Below the pieces are notes generated by a model, which saw only the letters and a program-made list of their open reading frames with translations, was not told where the DNA came from and did no database searches. The position numbers were made by a program, and so were the translations under genes. From the sequence record MF360958.1: a stretch of DNA of 64,000 bases, one strand, 5' to 3'. Below are positions 20,675 through 31,137 of the stretch, in pieces. Every line of letters starts with the position of its first letter. Position 1 is the first letter of the stretch.

Positions 20675-20877
20675 TTCAATCAACAAATAATAGCTCAAAA
20701 GGTGTTACACTTGAAGCTGAAATTGATGAAGCTTTTGCTTATCTTTCAGCTTCAGGCAAAAACGCAACCACAATTGTATTTAACAATATTACATTAATGG
20801 TTGAACGCCAGTCCAATATTGACAACATTATTGCAGATTACCATTCAAAACTAGAACAACGAAAAGCGAATCGTTAA
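20671..20877 (+). CDS. hypothetical protein (68 aa)
   Basis: GGAG RBS; ATGA overlap with the upstream ORF. Confidence 0.7.
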   Translation: MIQSTNNSSKGVTLEAEIDEAFAYLSASGKNATTIVFNNITLMVERQSNIDNIIADYHSKLEQRKANR

Positions 20878-22007
20878 TCTTTTAATTCTTCAACTATTTC
20901 ATCCCCTATGGTACTATAGGGGATCAATATATACTCTTTCGTATTAAACCATAATTCATTATCATCAATACCATCGTCAATACTATTTGTAATGAAGTTT
21001 TCTTCTACGTTTTCTTTAAAATTTTCTAATACATCTTTTATTCGATAATTATCTATAAATAATACTTCAAGTTCATTTTCTAATGATTGTAACTCATTAA
21101 TAATAACTTTAATTTTATTGCCGATAGTATCTATAACTTTAATATCCCCATCATAATCAGCAAATTTATTTTTAATGTTTTGATAACTTTCCATACAAGT
21201 ATTAATATATTTGGTAATAATAACTTTTACTTTTTTCATAATATCTTCTAATCCATTAGTTATAAGATATTCTAAATTAGTAGATTGAGATACTACTTTT
21301 TCAATATTTTCTATTATATAATCATAATTATCATTAATTTTTTTAAGTTCTTTATCCAATGTAGATTTATCAATAATGTTATGGTCATTATTTGCAATAA
21401 ATATTTGATCATTCAATTCACTTATAGGATTTTTCATGGATTTCAAATTAGAAAGATAACGGTTTATAAATTCACCATTAATGTTTGTAAAAAATTGATT
21501 TAGATCATTTAAGTTTTTTGTCATAATGTCTTGTGATATATTAATATCGCCTCTACCAGATGGCCCCTTTGAATAACTGTACTCATATCCACCTACTGGA
21601 AGGAAATAAAACCATTGATCCACCGCAACACCTTTAAAGTCTGTTGGTTGTTGTGTAGTTGTGAATACAACATGTTCATCACGTCGAGCAATACCTTGTT
21701 TCTCAAAATAATCGTTAAGCTGTTGTCGGAACGTATGATCACTGGTAATGTTTCCGTATGAAATTTTTCTTTTCTCGCGAGTCTTTCTTGTAAAGATAGC
21801 ATCTGTTGACAATCCATCTTCACCACGATAAACTATTATATTATTTGTATAAAATTCATTTATAAAATTTTGTGATTTTGATCTAATGAATTTTACAGCT
21901 TTTTCAACAAATGCTCTGCGGTATGTTGAATATTTATCAAGTTCTTCAATCTCGTCTGGTATTTCAATATAATTTGATTCATCGTTTTCCATCATATATA
22001 AACGCAT
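20874..22007 (-). CDS. hypothetical late protein with MRLYMMEN leader; possible ART-like fold
   Basis: AAGGAG RBS; late box at 22032-22039; IIVYRG and VVFTT segments. Confidence 0.7.
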   Translation of the reverse strand: MRLYMMENDESNYIEIPDEIEELDKYSTYRRAFVEKAVKFIRSKSQNFINEFYTNNIIVYRGEDGLSTDAIFTRKTREKRKISYGNITSDHTFRQQLNDYFEKQGIARRDEHVVFTTTQQPTDFKGVAVDQWFYFLPVGGYEYSYSKGPSGRGDINISQDIMTKNLNDLNQFFTNINGEFINRYLSNLKSMKNPISELNDQIFIANNDHNIIDKSTLDKELKKINDNYDYIIENIEKVVSQSTNLEYLITNGLEDIMKKVKVIITKYINTCMESYQNIKNKFADYDGDIKVIDTIGNKIKVIINELQSLENELEVLFIDNYRIKDVLENFKENVEENFITNSIDDGIDDNELWFNTKEYILIPYSTIGDEIVEELKD

Positions 22008-22087
22008 AAATAATATTCTCCTTTCTAATATTATTTATTGACTATAATACATATTGATGATAATATTTTAAAAAACGAGTTTATAAC

Positions 22088-22954
22088 ATGTCTAAAATTA
22101 TGAAAGTTCCAAACTACTATATTAATAGAACCCTGAATGTAATGAAAAGTGCTATCATTTTTTATTATAATCGTTTTGAATTAAATGACAGCGAAGTTAC
22201 TAATAAACATTTAAATTATATCGGAGAGAATGTTAATCCAGAAAAGCATATATTAATCAACACAGATTCTGATAACATTATTCTAGGCACAATTATTAGT
22301 TGTGATTTAAATGATTTCGATTATCCTTTACATTCTAAACGCCCCAATATCACAAATAGTAATATAGTAAATGTTCGAATAGAAATATGTTTTTCTAACA
22401 AAAATGAATCCACATTCAATGTTACTAATGATAGTAATGAGAATTATTTAGTACGTATGCGATTTAATATCTATTCGATTGTTCAAAATATAAAAAATAT
22501 GACAAATATGAATTATAATATATTTAATTCAATGTTTCATTATTTGAAACATAGCATACGTCATGAATGGATGCACTTTATCCAATGCTTCATATTACAT
22601 TATGATCAAATGGCCGTGAAAGCGTTTTACAGCGATCACAGTGACGAATACTATACATCCTATGCCGAACGTTTACCTATGCTTGAAAGCGCTAGAGGAT
22701 TATTTGAAACGGTTATATGCAATAATGAATTTTGGAACGATCTCAGCAAAAACGATAAAATGAAATTTGTACGGCAATTTGTTGGTATTGATCGTTACGA
22801 TTATATACATATTACGATTGGTAAAGAAACATTAACGCTTAAAACTGATTTGATCCATAACCCTTCTATATTTGCAGCTTATAAACGATCCAAGCCTCAA
22901 ACATATAACTTGATTGTTAAAAAGTTTATTGGTATGATTTCGCCACGATTATAA
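22088..22954 (+). CDS. zincin-like (HExxH) putative metallopeptidase
   Basis: IRHEWMHFIQ plus downstream YYTSYAE; aligns with 47818..48798. Confidence 0.6.
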   Translation: MSKIMKVPNYYINRTLNVMKSAIIFYYNRFELNDSEVTNKHLNYIGENVNPEKHILINTDSDNIILGTIISCDLNDFDYPLHSKRPNITNSNIVNVRIEICFSNKNESTFNVTNDSNENYLVRMRFNIYSIVQNIKNMTNMNYNIFNSMFHYLKHSIRHEWMHFIQCFILHYDQMAVKAFYSDHSDEYYTSYAERLPMLESARGLFETVICNNEFWNDLSKNDKMKFVRQFVGIDRYDYIHITIGKETLTLKTDLIHNPSIFAAYKRSKPQTYNLIVKKFIGMISPRL

Positions 22955-22970
22955 AAATTATAAAGGATTT

Positions 22971-24101
22971 TTGTACATGGCATTCGGTAATCCAAAATTG
23001 AAGATCAATGAGCAACCACAATATACAAGCGAATCTGGCGAAGTTATTCTTTATAAGGGGCTATTAGAAAATCCAGCCACCGTCGATGAATATTTATCTA
23101 TTGAAGATGTTGCTGTAGAAGCCATTCGTAGGGGTATGTTTCTTTATGGTTCTTCAGACATACATCAATATATCACAATAAATTCTAGTATTATTAAAAA
23201 AATAGTTATCAATGAAGCAAAATATCACAGTAAGTTACTTGATAGTAAACATTTTTCTATTCCATATGGTGTAGAAAAAGTTTTAAAAGAATTTAATGAT
23301 AAAATTAATATTAAAGAATTTTTAGAAAATCCCTTAAAATATAATAATCCATTATCAGCGAACATGAAACACCGATTATTTGATGATGTTTTAGTTAAAA
23401 ATCTAATCAAATGTCCGTCTGAAAATAAATATTTTTTGAATAATAATTATCGTTCACCACTTTCTTGTTTAGATTTAACAAAAGATGCTGTGGAAACATG
23501 TGTATATCTTCATCTAAATCCATGCTTTATATTTTCCAAAATGATTGAATCAAAATTATTAAGTGAAGTGGAAAATAAAAAGTTTTGGGAAACTATTATA
23601 CTGGATATTATTGAATGCTGTAAAAGACTTGTTTATAGAACAGTTATTGATATATCGCAGGATGAATTATATCAGTATATGACTGAAATTAATATAAATC
23701 ATTCCAAGCGTGTTAAAAATATCTATAATCAAACCATTAATGAAAAAACATTTCAAATTAAAGAAAACTTTACTGAAGATTATTTCATTGAAATTATCAT
23801 AAGTTACTTAGATTATGTTTTTAGTAAAATATTATACTATTACAAGAATGATATTATTGTATTTGATAATCAACAAGCACATAACACGACTAAATTTGAT
23901 TTCTTTGCATATGAAAATGCAATAAAAATAATAGTTCCAATAATTTATTCAATTTATATTTTTTATGGCACACTACAATATGATCAACTACCTGATAAAT
24001 TAAGACGGTATTTAAATCGCTGCAAATTACAATATAGCAATGAAAATTTAAAATTCTTATCAGCAATTATTGAGGCATTTATAGATCAACCGCCAATTTA
24101 A
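22971..24101 (+). CDS. hypothetical protein (376 aa)
   Basis: long ORF; AAGGA RBS. Confidence 0.75.
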   Translation: MYMAFGNPKLKINEQPQYTSESGEVILYKGLLENPATVDEYLSIEDVAVEAIRRGMFLYGSSDIHQYITINSSIIKKIVINEAKYHSKLLDSKHFSIPYGVEKVLKEFNDKINIKEFLENPLKYNNPLSANMKHRLFDDVLVKNLIKCPSENKYFLNNNYRSPLSCLDLTKDAVETCVYLHLNPCFIFSKMIESKLLSEVENKKFWETIILDIIECCKRLVYRTVIDISQDELYQYMTEININHSKRVKNIYNQTINEKTFQIKENFTEDYFIEIIISYLDYVFSKILYYYKNDIIVFDNQQAHNTTKFDFFAYENAIKIIVPIIYSIYIFYGTLQYDQLPDKLRRYLNRCKLQYSNENLKFLSAIIEAFIDQPPI

Positions 24102-24139
24102 ACTAAAAATAATTATATAATAGGTTAATAAATAAAGAT

Positions 24140-24616
24140 ATGGAACAAACAAATATATTAACGTATGAAACACCGTTCTATACGTTTCTAACTTTAGATA
24201 ATGATGATTTTTTAGCGAGTTATACTTCACGTAATAGCTTTTATTTTCAAACAATTCTAAGTGAATATATTTGTCAAATAAATACATATCCTAATTCTGA
24301 AAATCTTATTAATTTTATAAAAAATCATTTTAAACATTATACAAATTGTAAAGAACATTTAATTAATATGAATCTTGCTTTATATTCTTACCTTTATGAA
24401 AATACTTCATTATTTAAAGATGGTTATGTTCAATTATTAGTAGATCGTATATATGATGAAATGACATTTCATCATGTATTTAAAACAAAATTCTTATTTG
24501 AAGGACGATTCGTTTTAAATATTGATAGCAAAACGTACAATAGAATAAAAATAAGTAATGAACAAATTCACTATTTACTTTATAATCTTTTCCAGTATAA
24601 TAAAATAACCGAGTAA
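24140..24616 (+). CDS. hypothetical protein
   Basis: ORF within a plus-strand operon. Confidence 0.7.
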   Translation: MEQTNILTYETPFYTFLTLDNDDFLASYTSRNSFYFQTILSEYICQINTYPNSENLINFIKNHFKHYTNCKEHLINMNLALYSYLYENTSLFKDGYVQLLVDRIYDEMTFHHVFKTKFLFEGRFVLNIDSKTYNRIKISNEQIHYLLYNLFQYNKITE

Positions 24617-24631
24617 TTAAAGTTTATACTA

Positions 24632-24832
24632 ATGAGGAATAAAATCATGTCTCAAAACAAAATTGAAAATAATATTGGGTATCATAATCTAAATCTTGAA
24701 GAATTAGTTCATGAAATTTCAAATAGTGATAATAAACTAGCAAAATGCTTTGTTGAAGAACTTTTAAGTGAAATAGATAAAGGAAACAATGATAAGGACA
24801 ATATTGTGGATAGAATTCGAAGTAAATATTAA
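24632..24832 (+). CDS. hypothetical protein (start may be MSQNK at 24647)
   Basis: GAGGA RBS precedes the second ATG. Confidence 0.6.
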   Translation: MRNKIMSQNKIENNIGYHNLNLEELVHEISNSDNKLAKCFVEELLSEIDKGNNDKDNIVDRIRSKY

Positions 24833-24835
24833 ACT

Positions 24836-25087
24836 ATGACATTATCAACAATTCTTATAGAAACACTCGGACTTATTGCGTCCATATTGATTATTATTAG
24901 TTTTCTTTCAAATGATGTGTCTTTTATACGCAAAGTTAATCTGGTAGGATGTATACTGTTTTTAGCGTATGGCCTATTAATTGTTTCAATATCAATTATT
25001 TTGATTAATATTATTTTGTTTGGAATTCATATGTACAAATTGGCTAAAGTAATTCGTGATAAAAAAAGTAATAGGGGATTAGTATGA
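24836..25087 (+). CDS. YgjV-like small inner-membrane protein
   Basis: three hydrophobic helices with LG.IAS..II.SF...IRKVNLVGC..F..YG pattern. Confidence 0.6.
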   Translation: MTLSTILIETLGLIASILIIISFLSNDVSFIRKVNLVGCILFLAYGLLIVSISIILINIILFGIHMYKLAKVIRDKKSNRGLV

Positions 25088-25521
25088 AAAATTTGCGTTA
25101 TTGTGAAAAACACAAACTTGGTGTCTTTTCTGACAAATACATGTTTTTAAGAACATTTATAGATAATAATGTAACTGAAGATGAAGCTGACAAAATAATT
25201 GATCAATTTCTTGATGATTTTGATCGTTATTGCGAAGATTATCTTCCTGCAATTAAAAAATCTGTTCTAAGATATTGTTTTAGAAAGAATACATATTATT
25301 CCTATGATGAACTATTGAATGATGATAACCTTACTAATGGTACAGATTATGGTGGTATGTGTTTAAGCTATGGTTCAAGCAGTAACCATCTAAGAGTAGG
25401 ATATGCAACAAACAATATGATTCTTAATGATCAGACTAAGAATTTTCATCTTGAAAAAATTAAGGAATATACTGGTTATAATGTAGAATGTGTAGAATAT
25501 GGGGATGCATATTATGATTAA
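25084..25521 (+). CDS. hypothetical protein
   Basis: GGGG RBS; overlaps the upstream stop. Confidence 0.7.
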   Translation: MKNLRYCEKHKLGVFSDKYMFLRTFIDNNVTEDEADKIIDQFLDDFDRYCEDYLPAIKKSVLRYCFRKNTYYSYDELLNDDNLTNGTDYGGMCLSYGSSSNHLRVGYATNNMILNDQTKNFHLEKIKEYTGYNVECVEYGDAYYD

Positions 25522-25918
25522 AGGGGTCGTTTTTGAAAATTGGCTTATAGGATGTGTCAAAAGTGATCCGAGTCTTATACAACATTTCATTAATAAGATT
25601 GATAAACAATTGATGATTAAAGCATGTGAACATAATCCTTATTGTATTAAATTTATTAAAGATCCTTCATTTGAACTAATGGCCGTATGTTTAAAATATC
25701 AACCGACTATTATAACATCAATTCCTAACAATGAAATCAAAAAGAAACACCGAGAAGAATTAGAAATTATTGCTCTTGATAATTATTGGAATTATCATTT
25801 TTATTATAGCTTTCTTTTAAGTTACTTCAATCCTCATAGTAAATGGTTTTATAAAGAAATTAATAAATTAAAACTAAAACATGGTCCAATGAAATCAACT
25901 TTAGTAAAGAAATGTTAA
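25499..25918 (+). CDS. 22-aa-repeat protein, INKxKLxxGP family (true start probably 25514)
   Basis: IKFIKDPSFELMAVC repeat; YWNYHFYY...KEINKLKLKHGP. Confidence 0.7.
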   Translation: MGMHIMIKGVVFENWLIGCVKSDPSLIQHFINKIDKQLMIKACEHNPYCIKFIKDPSFELMAVCLKYQPTIITSIPNNEIKKKHREELEIIALDNYWNYHFYYSFLLSYFNPHSKWFYKEINKLKLKHGPMKSTLVKKC

Positions 25919-25924
25919 TTTAAA

Positions 25925-26446
25925 ATGGCAAAACAAGATTATGATTATCAAAATTATGTAGATATATGTAATATAATGGATGTAGATCCAAATAATGATA
26001 TGTCTAAAAAATCTCAATTATATATAATAAATGCAATCAATTCTAATTATATTAAGTTTATTAAGAATCCATGTAAAGAAGCTCAGATTGAAGCTGTTAA
26101 ATATTGTGCAGCTTTACTTAATTATATTGAAAATCCAACAGGCGAAGCCATACATGAAGTGTGTCATAAACATCCACTTTTAATAAAATTAATAAAAGAT
26201 AAACCTAATTACAATGAGGATGTTTTTTATAATATAATTAAAGATTGTGTTAACCCTCTAAAAATATTATACTATAATAATGATCAGATAAAAATAACAG
26301 AAAATATTCTATTATTATGTTTAGAGAAATCTTGGAGAATATCATTTTATAATCACATACAACAATTATACCCTGATCAGGTTAACAACAAATACTTTTC
26401 ACACCATATAAAGAAATTAAAACTCGTAAAAGGCCCTCTTAAATAG
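25925..26446 (+). CDS. 22-aa-repeat protein, INKxKLxxGP family
   Basis: IKFIKNPCKEAQIEAVK repeat; KSWRISFYN...HIKKLKLVKGP. Confidence 0.75.
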   Translation: MAKQDYDYQNYVDICNIMDVDPNNDMSKKSQLYIINAINSNYIKFIKNPCKEAQIEAVKYCAALLNYIENPTGEAIHEVCHKHPLLIKLIKDKPNYNEDVFYNIIKDCVNPLKILYYNNDQIKITENILLLCLEKSWRISFYNHIQQLYPDQVNNKYFSHHIKKLKLVKGPLK

Positions 26447-26468
26447 ATTATTGTTATAAGATAATACT

Positions 26469-26476
26469 GATAAATA
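26469..26476 (+). promoter_or_regulatory. late promoter box (GATAAATA)
   Basis: 27 bp upstream of ORF 26503. Confidence 0.5.
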
Positions 26477-26502
26477 ATATTAAAATCAGGAGTTTTTATA
26501 AC

Positions 26503-28710
26503 ATGCGTTTAAATAATCTTTTTGAATCCAATCATCCACAAAAACTTTACGAATCCTACCAACGTTTTGTAAATGATAATAATAATGAATATTTACTAAA
26601 AGAAACTATCGAAAATAATATTCATAGTGTTATGTCTAAACAGTATGAGAAATCCAGTCTTGCGCAAATTCTTATGGATTATCATGAAGACGATCTTTAT
26701 GAATTCTGGAAAGCTAATGGTGCTGAAGGTTTACCTAAAGGATTTGGAACACAGAATGCTTTCAATGAATATAAAGATTGGATGAAGTGTATGTTAAACT
26801 TAAATGAAACTCGTCAAGAACAATCCCTACAAGCTTTATTTGAAGCTAAAAAAGATTTTATCAACATGTTTTCTGTTATTGATGAAGTCGTTGAACTTTC
26901 TAATAATATAGAAACAGAAGAACAAAAGGATAATTTTAAAGGATTAATGCATGAAGGTAGTTCAATGTTGCAAAATGCTTTTAATCATAATAATGTAGGC
27001 GAGTACTTTCTAGAACGTTTAGAGCAAAGGTTTGATAATACTCAAACAAATTATATTATATATTTTCTTCGTATGAATAAAGGCGTTATTATTAAAACTT
27101 GGATGGAGAACGGACTTATAAAACTTATAGAAGAACAAGATCCGCAATTATCTAAAAAACTCTACAAACAGTTTAATATCTTAAAAGGGCAAATTGATGA
27201 ATTAAATACCAATGCTACTTTTAATACAATTAGAAACTTTAAACAAAAAATTGAACACTTTCTAAGTTTGGATTACCAACCTATTCAGCAATTAAATCCT
27301 CTTGATTATAAATCTTTTGAAGACTTAGAAGAAGCACTATCTGAACTTGAAGATGAATGGCGTGAACAAATTGCAGAAGAAAAACGCTATCTTAAACTTC
27401 AAGATGGTGATGAAATTTTTAAAGATTATGGAAATTATGTGTGGATCAAATTAGATCGTAGCCGTTGTGAAGAAGAAGCAGACGCTATGGGGCATTGTGG
27501 GAACAGACCTGCGGGTAATACAGATGCTCGTATCCTTTCATTTAGAGAACGTATTAAAAAAGATGACAAAACACTATACAAGCCACATCTTACATTTATT
27601 TTAGAAGAAAATGGATACTTAGGTGAGATGAAGGGTTATGCTAATGACAAACCTTCCAGTAAATACCATCCTTATATCATTGATCTACTTCAAATGGATA
27701 TGGTCAAAGGCATCACCGGGGGTGGTTTTGAAGCTGAAAATAATTTTGAAATGTCCGATCTTGATACAGATGTTCGCGAACAATTAGTTAAGGAAAAACC
27801 CACTCTTGAGCCATTAGAATACTATGAAGAAAGTATGAAAGAAAATGGATATGTAGATAATAATAACGTTGTTGAAATAGTTTCAGAATACTTAGAAAAA
27901 GAATACGATGCACCTGTAAAACCTATGCAAGCATTGGGTTATGTAGTAATTAATATGGATATCAATGATGATTTTCTTAGAGTATCAGAAGATACTACTA
28001 AGACTATAGAATTGTTAAATGGTGAAGAAGAAGGAACTCGAATAGACATGATAGACGAGATAGTTCCTAATATTAATACAAAAGACTTCATAAAACTTAT
28101 GGAAGTATTACAGGAAGATAATTCCGAAACTTATGAAAAAATTTCTAATCGTGTATACAATTTCTTCGATTATATTAATAATATTGAACCTGATCTGATA
28201 AACATATTTTTCAGAAGTTATATAGATTTTTATGAAGATCAGAATACAAATGATTTAGCAGAGTTTCTATATGACATAGACTATGGTACAATAGATGTTG
28301 AAGAAATTGTTGACGAAATTAACGAGGATGATGATTTTATTATATCACAACAACAACTTGATTATATCAGTGAAACGATTGAAACATTAAATGATGAAAT
28401 AGTAATTCCAATCATGACAATATTTAAAGAAATAGCGTTTCAAAATTCTGAACAGATAGCTTTTAATAAACTTAAAAAAGAAATTCAAAACGAAGCACAC
28501 TTTTCATCATTAACGAATGATCAAGAATTAACACAATTAACAACTTCTCTAATTGATGATGGTGAACTATACGAAGTTCCAATCACCAGTATACAAAAAA
28601 TTCAGGATGAAGGATTAAGTGTTGAACTTGATGTTTCATTTCATGTTGAAAATATGATTACTCCTGATATTATTGAAGAAAATAGAGACATTATTGAAAT
28701 TGATATTTAA
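26503..28710 (+). CDS. large acidic protein with LFE leader and PcfJ-like (xMGHC) domain; putative head-packaged protein
   Basis: MRLNNLFES; EEADAMGHCG..ILSFRE..PHLTF..GEMKGYANDKP; AGGAG RBS. Confidence 0.7.
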   Translation: MRLNNLFESNHPQKLYESYQRFVNDNNNEYLLKETIENNIHSVMSKQYEKSSLAQILMDYHEDDLYEFWKANGAEGLPKGFGTQNAFNEYKDWMKCMLNLNETRQEQSLQALFEAKKDFINMFSVIDEVVELSNNIETEEQKDNFKGLMHEGSSMLQNAFNHNNVGEYFLERLEQRFDNTQTNYIIYFLRMNKGVIIKTWMENGLIKLIEEQDPQLSKKLYKQFNILKGQIDELNTNATFNTIRNFKQKIEHFLSLDYQPIQQLNPLDYKSFEDLEEALSELEDEWREQIAEEKRYLKLQDGDEIFKDYGNYVWIKLDRSRCEEEADAMGHCGNRPAGNTDARILSFRERIKKDDKTLYKPHLTFILEENGYLGEMKGYANDKPSSKYHPYIIDLLQMDMVKGITGGGFEAENNFEMSDLDTDVREQLVKEKPTLEPLEYYEESMKENGYVDNNNVVEIVSEYLEKEYDAPVKPMQALGYVVINMDINDDFLRVSEDTTKTIELLNGEEEGTRIDMIDEIVPNINTKDFIKLMEVLQEDNSETYEKISNRVYNFFDYINNIEPDLINIFFRSYIDFYEDQNTNDLAEFLYDIDYGTIDVEEIVDEINEDDDFIISQQQLDYISETIETLNDEIVIPIMTIFKEIAFQNSEQIAFNKLKKEIQNEAHFSSLTNDQELTQLTTSLIDDGELYEVPITSIQKIQDEGLSVELDVSFHVENMITPDIIEENRDIIEIDI

Positions 28711-28727
28711 TAAAGGATAAAATTGGT

Positions 28728-28922
28728 ATGAATAAAATACATCCTGAAGAAAAAAACGTACTCTGGTTAATATTTTGGGATGGCTTTAATGATGCAAAAA
28801 AATATCATTGTAAATGGGAACCATATTGGCAACAACATCATATTGATGCCTATATGGAAGGTCAGGAAAAAATGATTAGACACATTTTAGAAATACCTAT
28901 GGTACGATTTGATGAAGTTTAA
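28728..28922 (+). CDS. small hypothetical protein
   Basis: AAGGA RBS. Confidence 0.6.
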   Translation: MNKIHPEEKNVLWLIFWDGFNDAKKYHCKWEPYWQQHHIDAYMEGQEKMIRHILEIPMVRFDEV

Positions 28923-28932
28923 AAGAGTATGT

Positions 28933-29514
28933 TTAAGTTTCAATTATATCGTCAGCGATATCAACGTCAGCTTGAACATAATCCACACCTTCAAGGTCAG
29001 GATCAATAATTACACCACTGGTAGCATTATCCCAATGTATAACTAATGGTTCATTATGAAAATAATCACTGAGCCATTCAATATCTCGTGTATCATAAAA
29101 TTGGGCCGAATCCACAATATTATCGGGAGTTAGTGCTTGTTTAATTATTTCAACATTGTCTTCAAAACTATTTTGTTCATCTAGATTTATTTCTCCCGGA
29201 TGAATTTTTGAATCATAATCCATATAATCTTCTACATATTTACTGGCTACTTTTTCAACAAGATTATTGTCATCAAAATTTACAATAGTTGCTTGATTAT
29301 TAGGACGTAGTATAAAAGGTACACCATATTGTTCCGCCACATTCCAATTCTTAGTAACTTGTAATATGGGTTTATCTTTTATTTCTCCATCATGACGACC
29401 ATGGACGAAATAACCTTCTGGAACAGTATCATGTGCCATGAGATAGCTTGCCCATTTCACACTCATTGGATCATAAGGATTATCAGTATTTTCATATAAG
29501 TGTCGTATTTTCAT
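28933..29514 (-). CDS. hypothetical protein with MKIRHLYEN leader; possible ART-like fold
   Basis: FVHGR..QVTKNWNVAEQYG pattern; probable start at ATG 29514. Confidence 0.65.
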   Translation of the reverse strand: MKIRHLYENTDNPYDPMSVKWASYLMAHDTVPEGYFVHGRHDGEIKDKPILQVTKNWNVAEQYGVPFILRPNNQATIVNFDDNNLVEKVASKYVEDYMDYDSKIHPGEINLDEQNSFEDNVEIIKQALTPDNIVDSAQFYDTRDIEWLSDYFHNEPLVIHWDNATSGVIIDPDLEGVDYVQADVDIADDIIET

Positions 29515-29524
29515 ATTTGATCTC

Positions 29525-30931
29525 TTATTCATAACCCATAACTTGACGAATTTTCTTTATTAAATCTTCATCAAGTTTGTCAGGGCTTACTTCTGGATTA
29601 AAGAACAGCTTTGATATGAGATTATCATCATTTAAATCAATAATATATTCTATGACCTCTCTCGTGGGGGAAGGTACTAATCGAATCAATGAAGGCTCTT
29701 GTTTTACAGTTTCTAATTGAACAGCCGGATATACTTCTTTCATATGTCTTATAGAATATGGATTATCTTTAACAGCTTTCATTTGTTGTTGTTCAGTTGG
29801 ATTATCGATATAAGCAATACCCTCTTGTGGGGATTGCTTAAATGCATATTCTACCATTTCATTATTTGGATATTGCCCATTACTATCATCATGCAATTGA
29901 TGTATATAATCAACATCATGTTTTAAAATATGCCACGCTTGTTTCTCTGTAATATTATCATAGTATTCTAAAGCGTGTATCGGACTGTATTGGAACACGT
30001 AATCAATCATTTTTTGTGTTGGGAACCCTTCGATTCTATTAAAAAAATTTAATGTTCTAGGTTCAATCTTTAATACTTTCCATATTATCTGTTCATTAAA
30101 TAAACCTTCATCTAGAGATCTAATAGCTTCAAAAGGATCATTTCTTATAGCAGTTTCAATAACTTTATCAGTTGGTTTTTCAATAAACCCTATGGACTCA
30201 ACATTTTTATTAACTGCCGCTAGTTGAACATCTTCAGATGGATTATCTATTTTCCTTATAATCCCCGGTATATATTCAATTATATCAATTAATGTTTCTT
30301 TTTTTAAATTATTAACATTTATTGCTTTTTGTATAATATCTAGATTTTGTACAAAAAAATCTTTAATATATTGTAATGAAATATCTATTGCATTCTTAAA
30401 CTCTTCGGGGGTACATTGTTTATCATTTTCATTATAAAATCCAACTAAATCATTTTTATCTATATCATATACTATCGCATATTTTTCATTTTCAGATTTA
30501 TTAAAAATATACATAAAAGCTTGATTTTGTATATAAAAATAATAAGCAAATTCATTTTCGGATTCGGTAGCAGCCGTACACCATTGAGTATTTTTTCCAT
30601 AAAAACAACTTGCATTTTTTGTTAATGGTATAACCATGAAGTAATCATCGTCATCATGAACAATTATGGAATCTTTTTTCTTAGATTTCTTCACTTCGGA
30701 CTTGGATTTTTCTTGTGATTTACTGTCAACAAACTCTTTAAATAGATTCCATCCTTGCTTAATCCAATACCCTATATCTTTATCTTGACCAGATATAGTA
30801 CCTTTTTTGGTTAATTGCTTAAAGGTTTCAAGGTACTGCTTTACTTCTTCCTCAGAGGCTTCCTGAGAAAATTTTTGTTGTGCATCTTTAAAAGATTCGA
30901 ATAAGTATTGTGTTATATGCTTAACTTTCAT
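29525..30931 (-). CDS. MKVKHITQYLFES-family protein (constant N-module, WC domain, about 10 degenerate 22-aa repeats)
   Basis: shared N-terminus; SCFYGKNTQWCT; IDNPSEDVQLAAV repeats. Confidence 0.85.
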   Translation of the reverse strand: MKVKHITQYLFESFKDAQQKFSQEASEEEVKQYLETFKQLTKKGTISGQDKDIGYWIKQGWNLFKEFVDSKSQEKSKSEVKKSKKKDSIIVHDDDDYFMVIPLTKNASCFYGKNTQWCTAATESENEFAYYFYIQNQAFMYIFNKSENEKYAIVYDIDKNDLVGFYNENDKQCTPEEFKNAIDISLQYIKDFFVQNLDIIQKAINVNNLKKETLIDIIEYIPGIIRKIDNPSEDVQLAAVNKNVESIGFIEKPTDKVIETAIRNDPFEAIRSLDEGLFNEQIIWKVLKIEPRTLNFFNRIEGFPTQKMIDYVFQYSPIHALEYYDNITEKQAWHILKHDVDYIHQLHDDSNGQYPNNEMVEYAFKQSPQEGIAYIDNPTEQQQMKAVKDNPYSIRHMKEVYPAVQLETVKQEPSLIRLVPSPTREVIEYIIDLNDDNLISKLFFNPEVSPDKLDEDLIKKIRQVMGYE

Positions 30932-31128
30932 CTATTTAAAACCTTCTCAATTGTTACGTCATCGAAAACAATTTCTTTATCGTTAGAATAAAACCATTGC
31001 TTAGGAACACTAATTTCAAAACGATCCATAGTTCCTTCTTTAGATACAATCATACGAACCATGGAAAAAGCAATATAGCTTCGATGAACTTGATGTTTTA
31101 CATCATTAATCATTATATAATCAAACAT
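30928..31128 (-). CDS. small hypothetical protein
   Basis: AAGGA RBS; overlaps the downstream start. Confidence 0.65.
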   Translation of the reverse strand: MFDYIMINDVKHQVHRSYIAFSMVRMIVSKEGTMDRFEISVPKQWFYSNDKEIVFDDVTIEKVLNR

Positions 31129-31137
31129 AATATTTCC

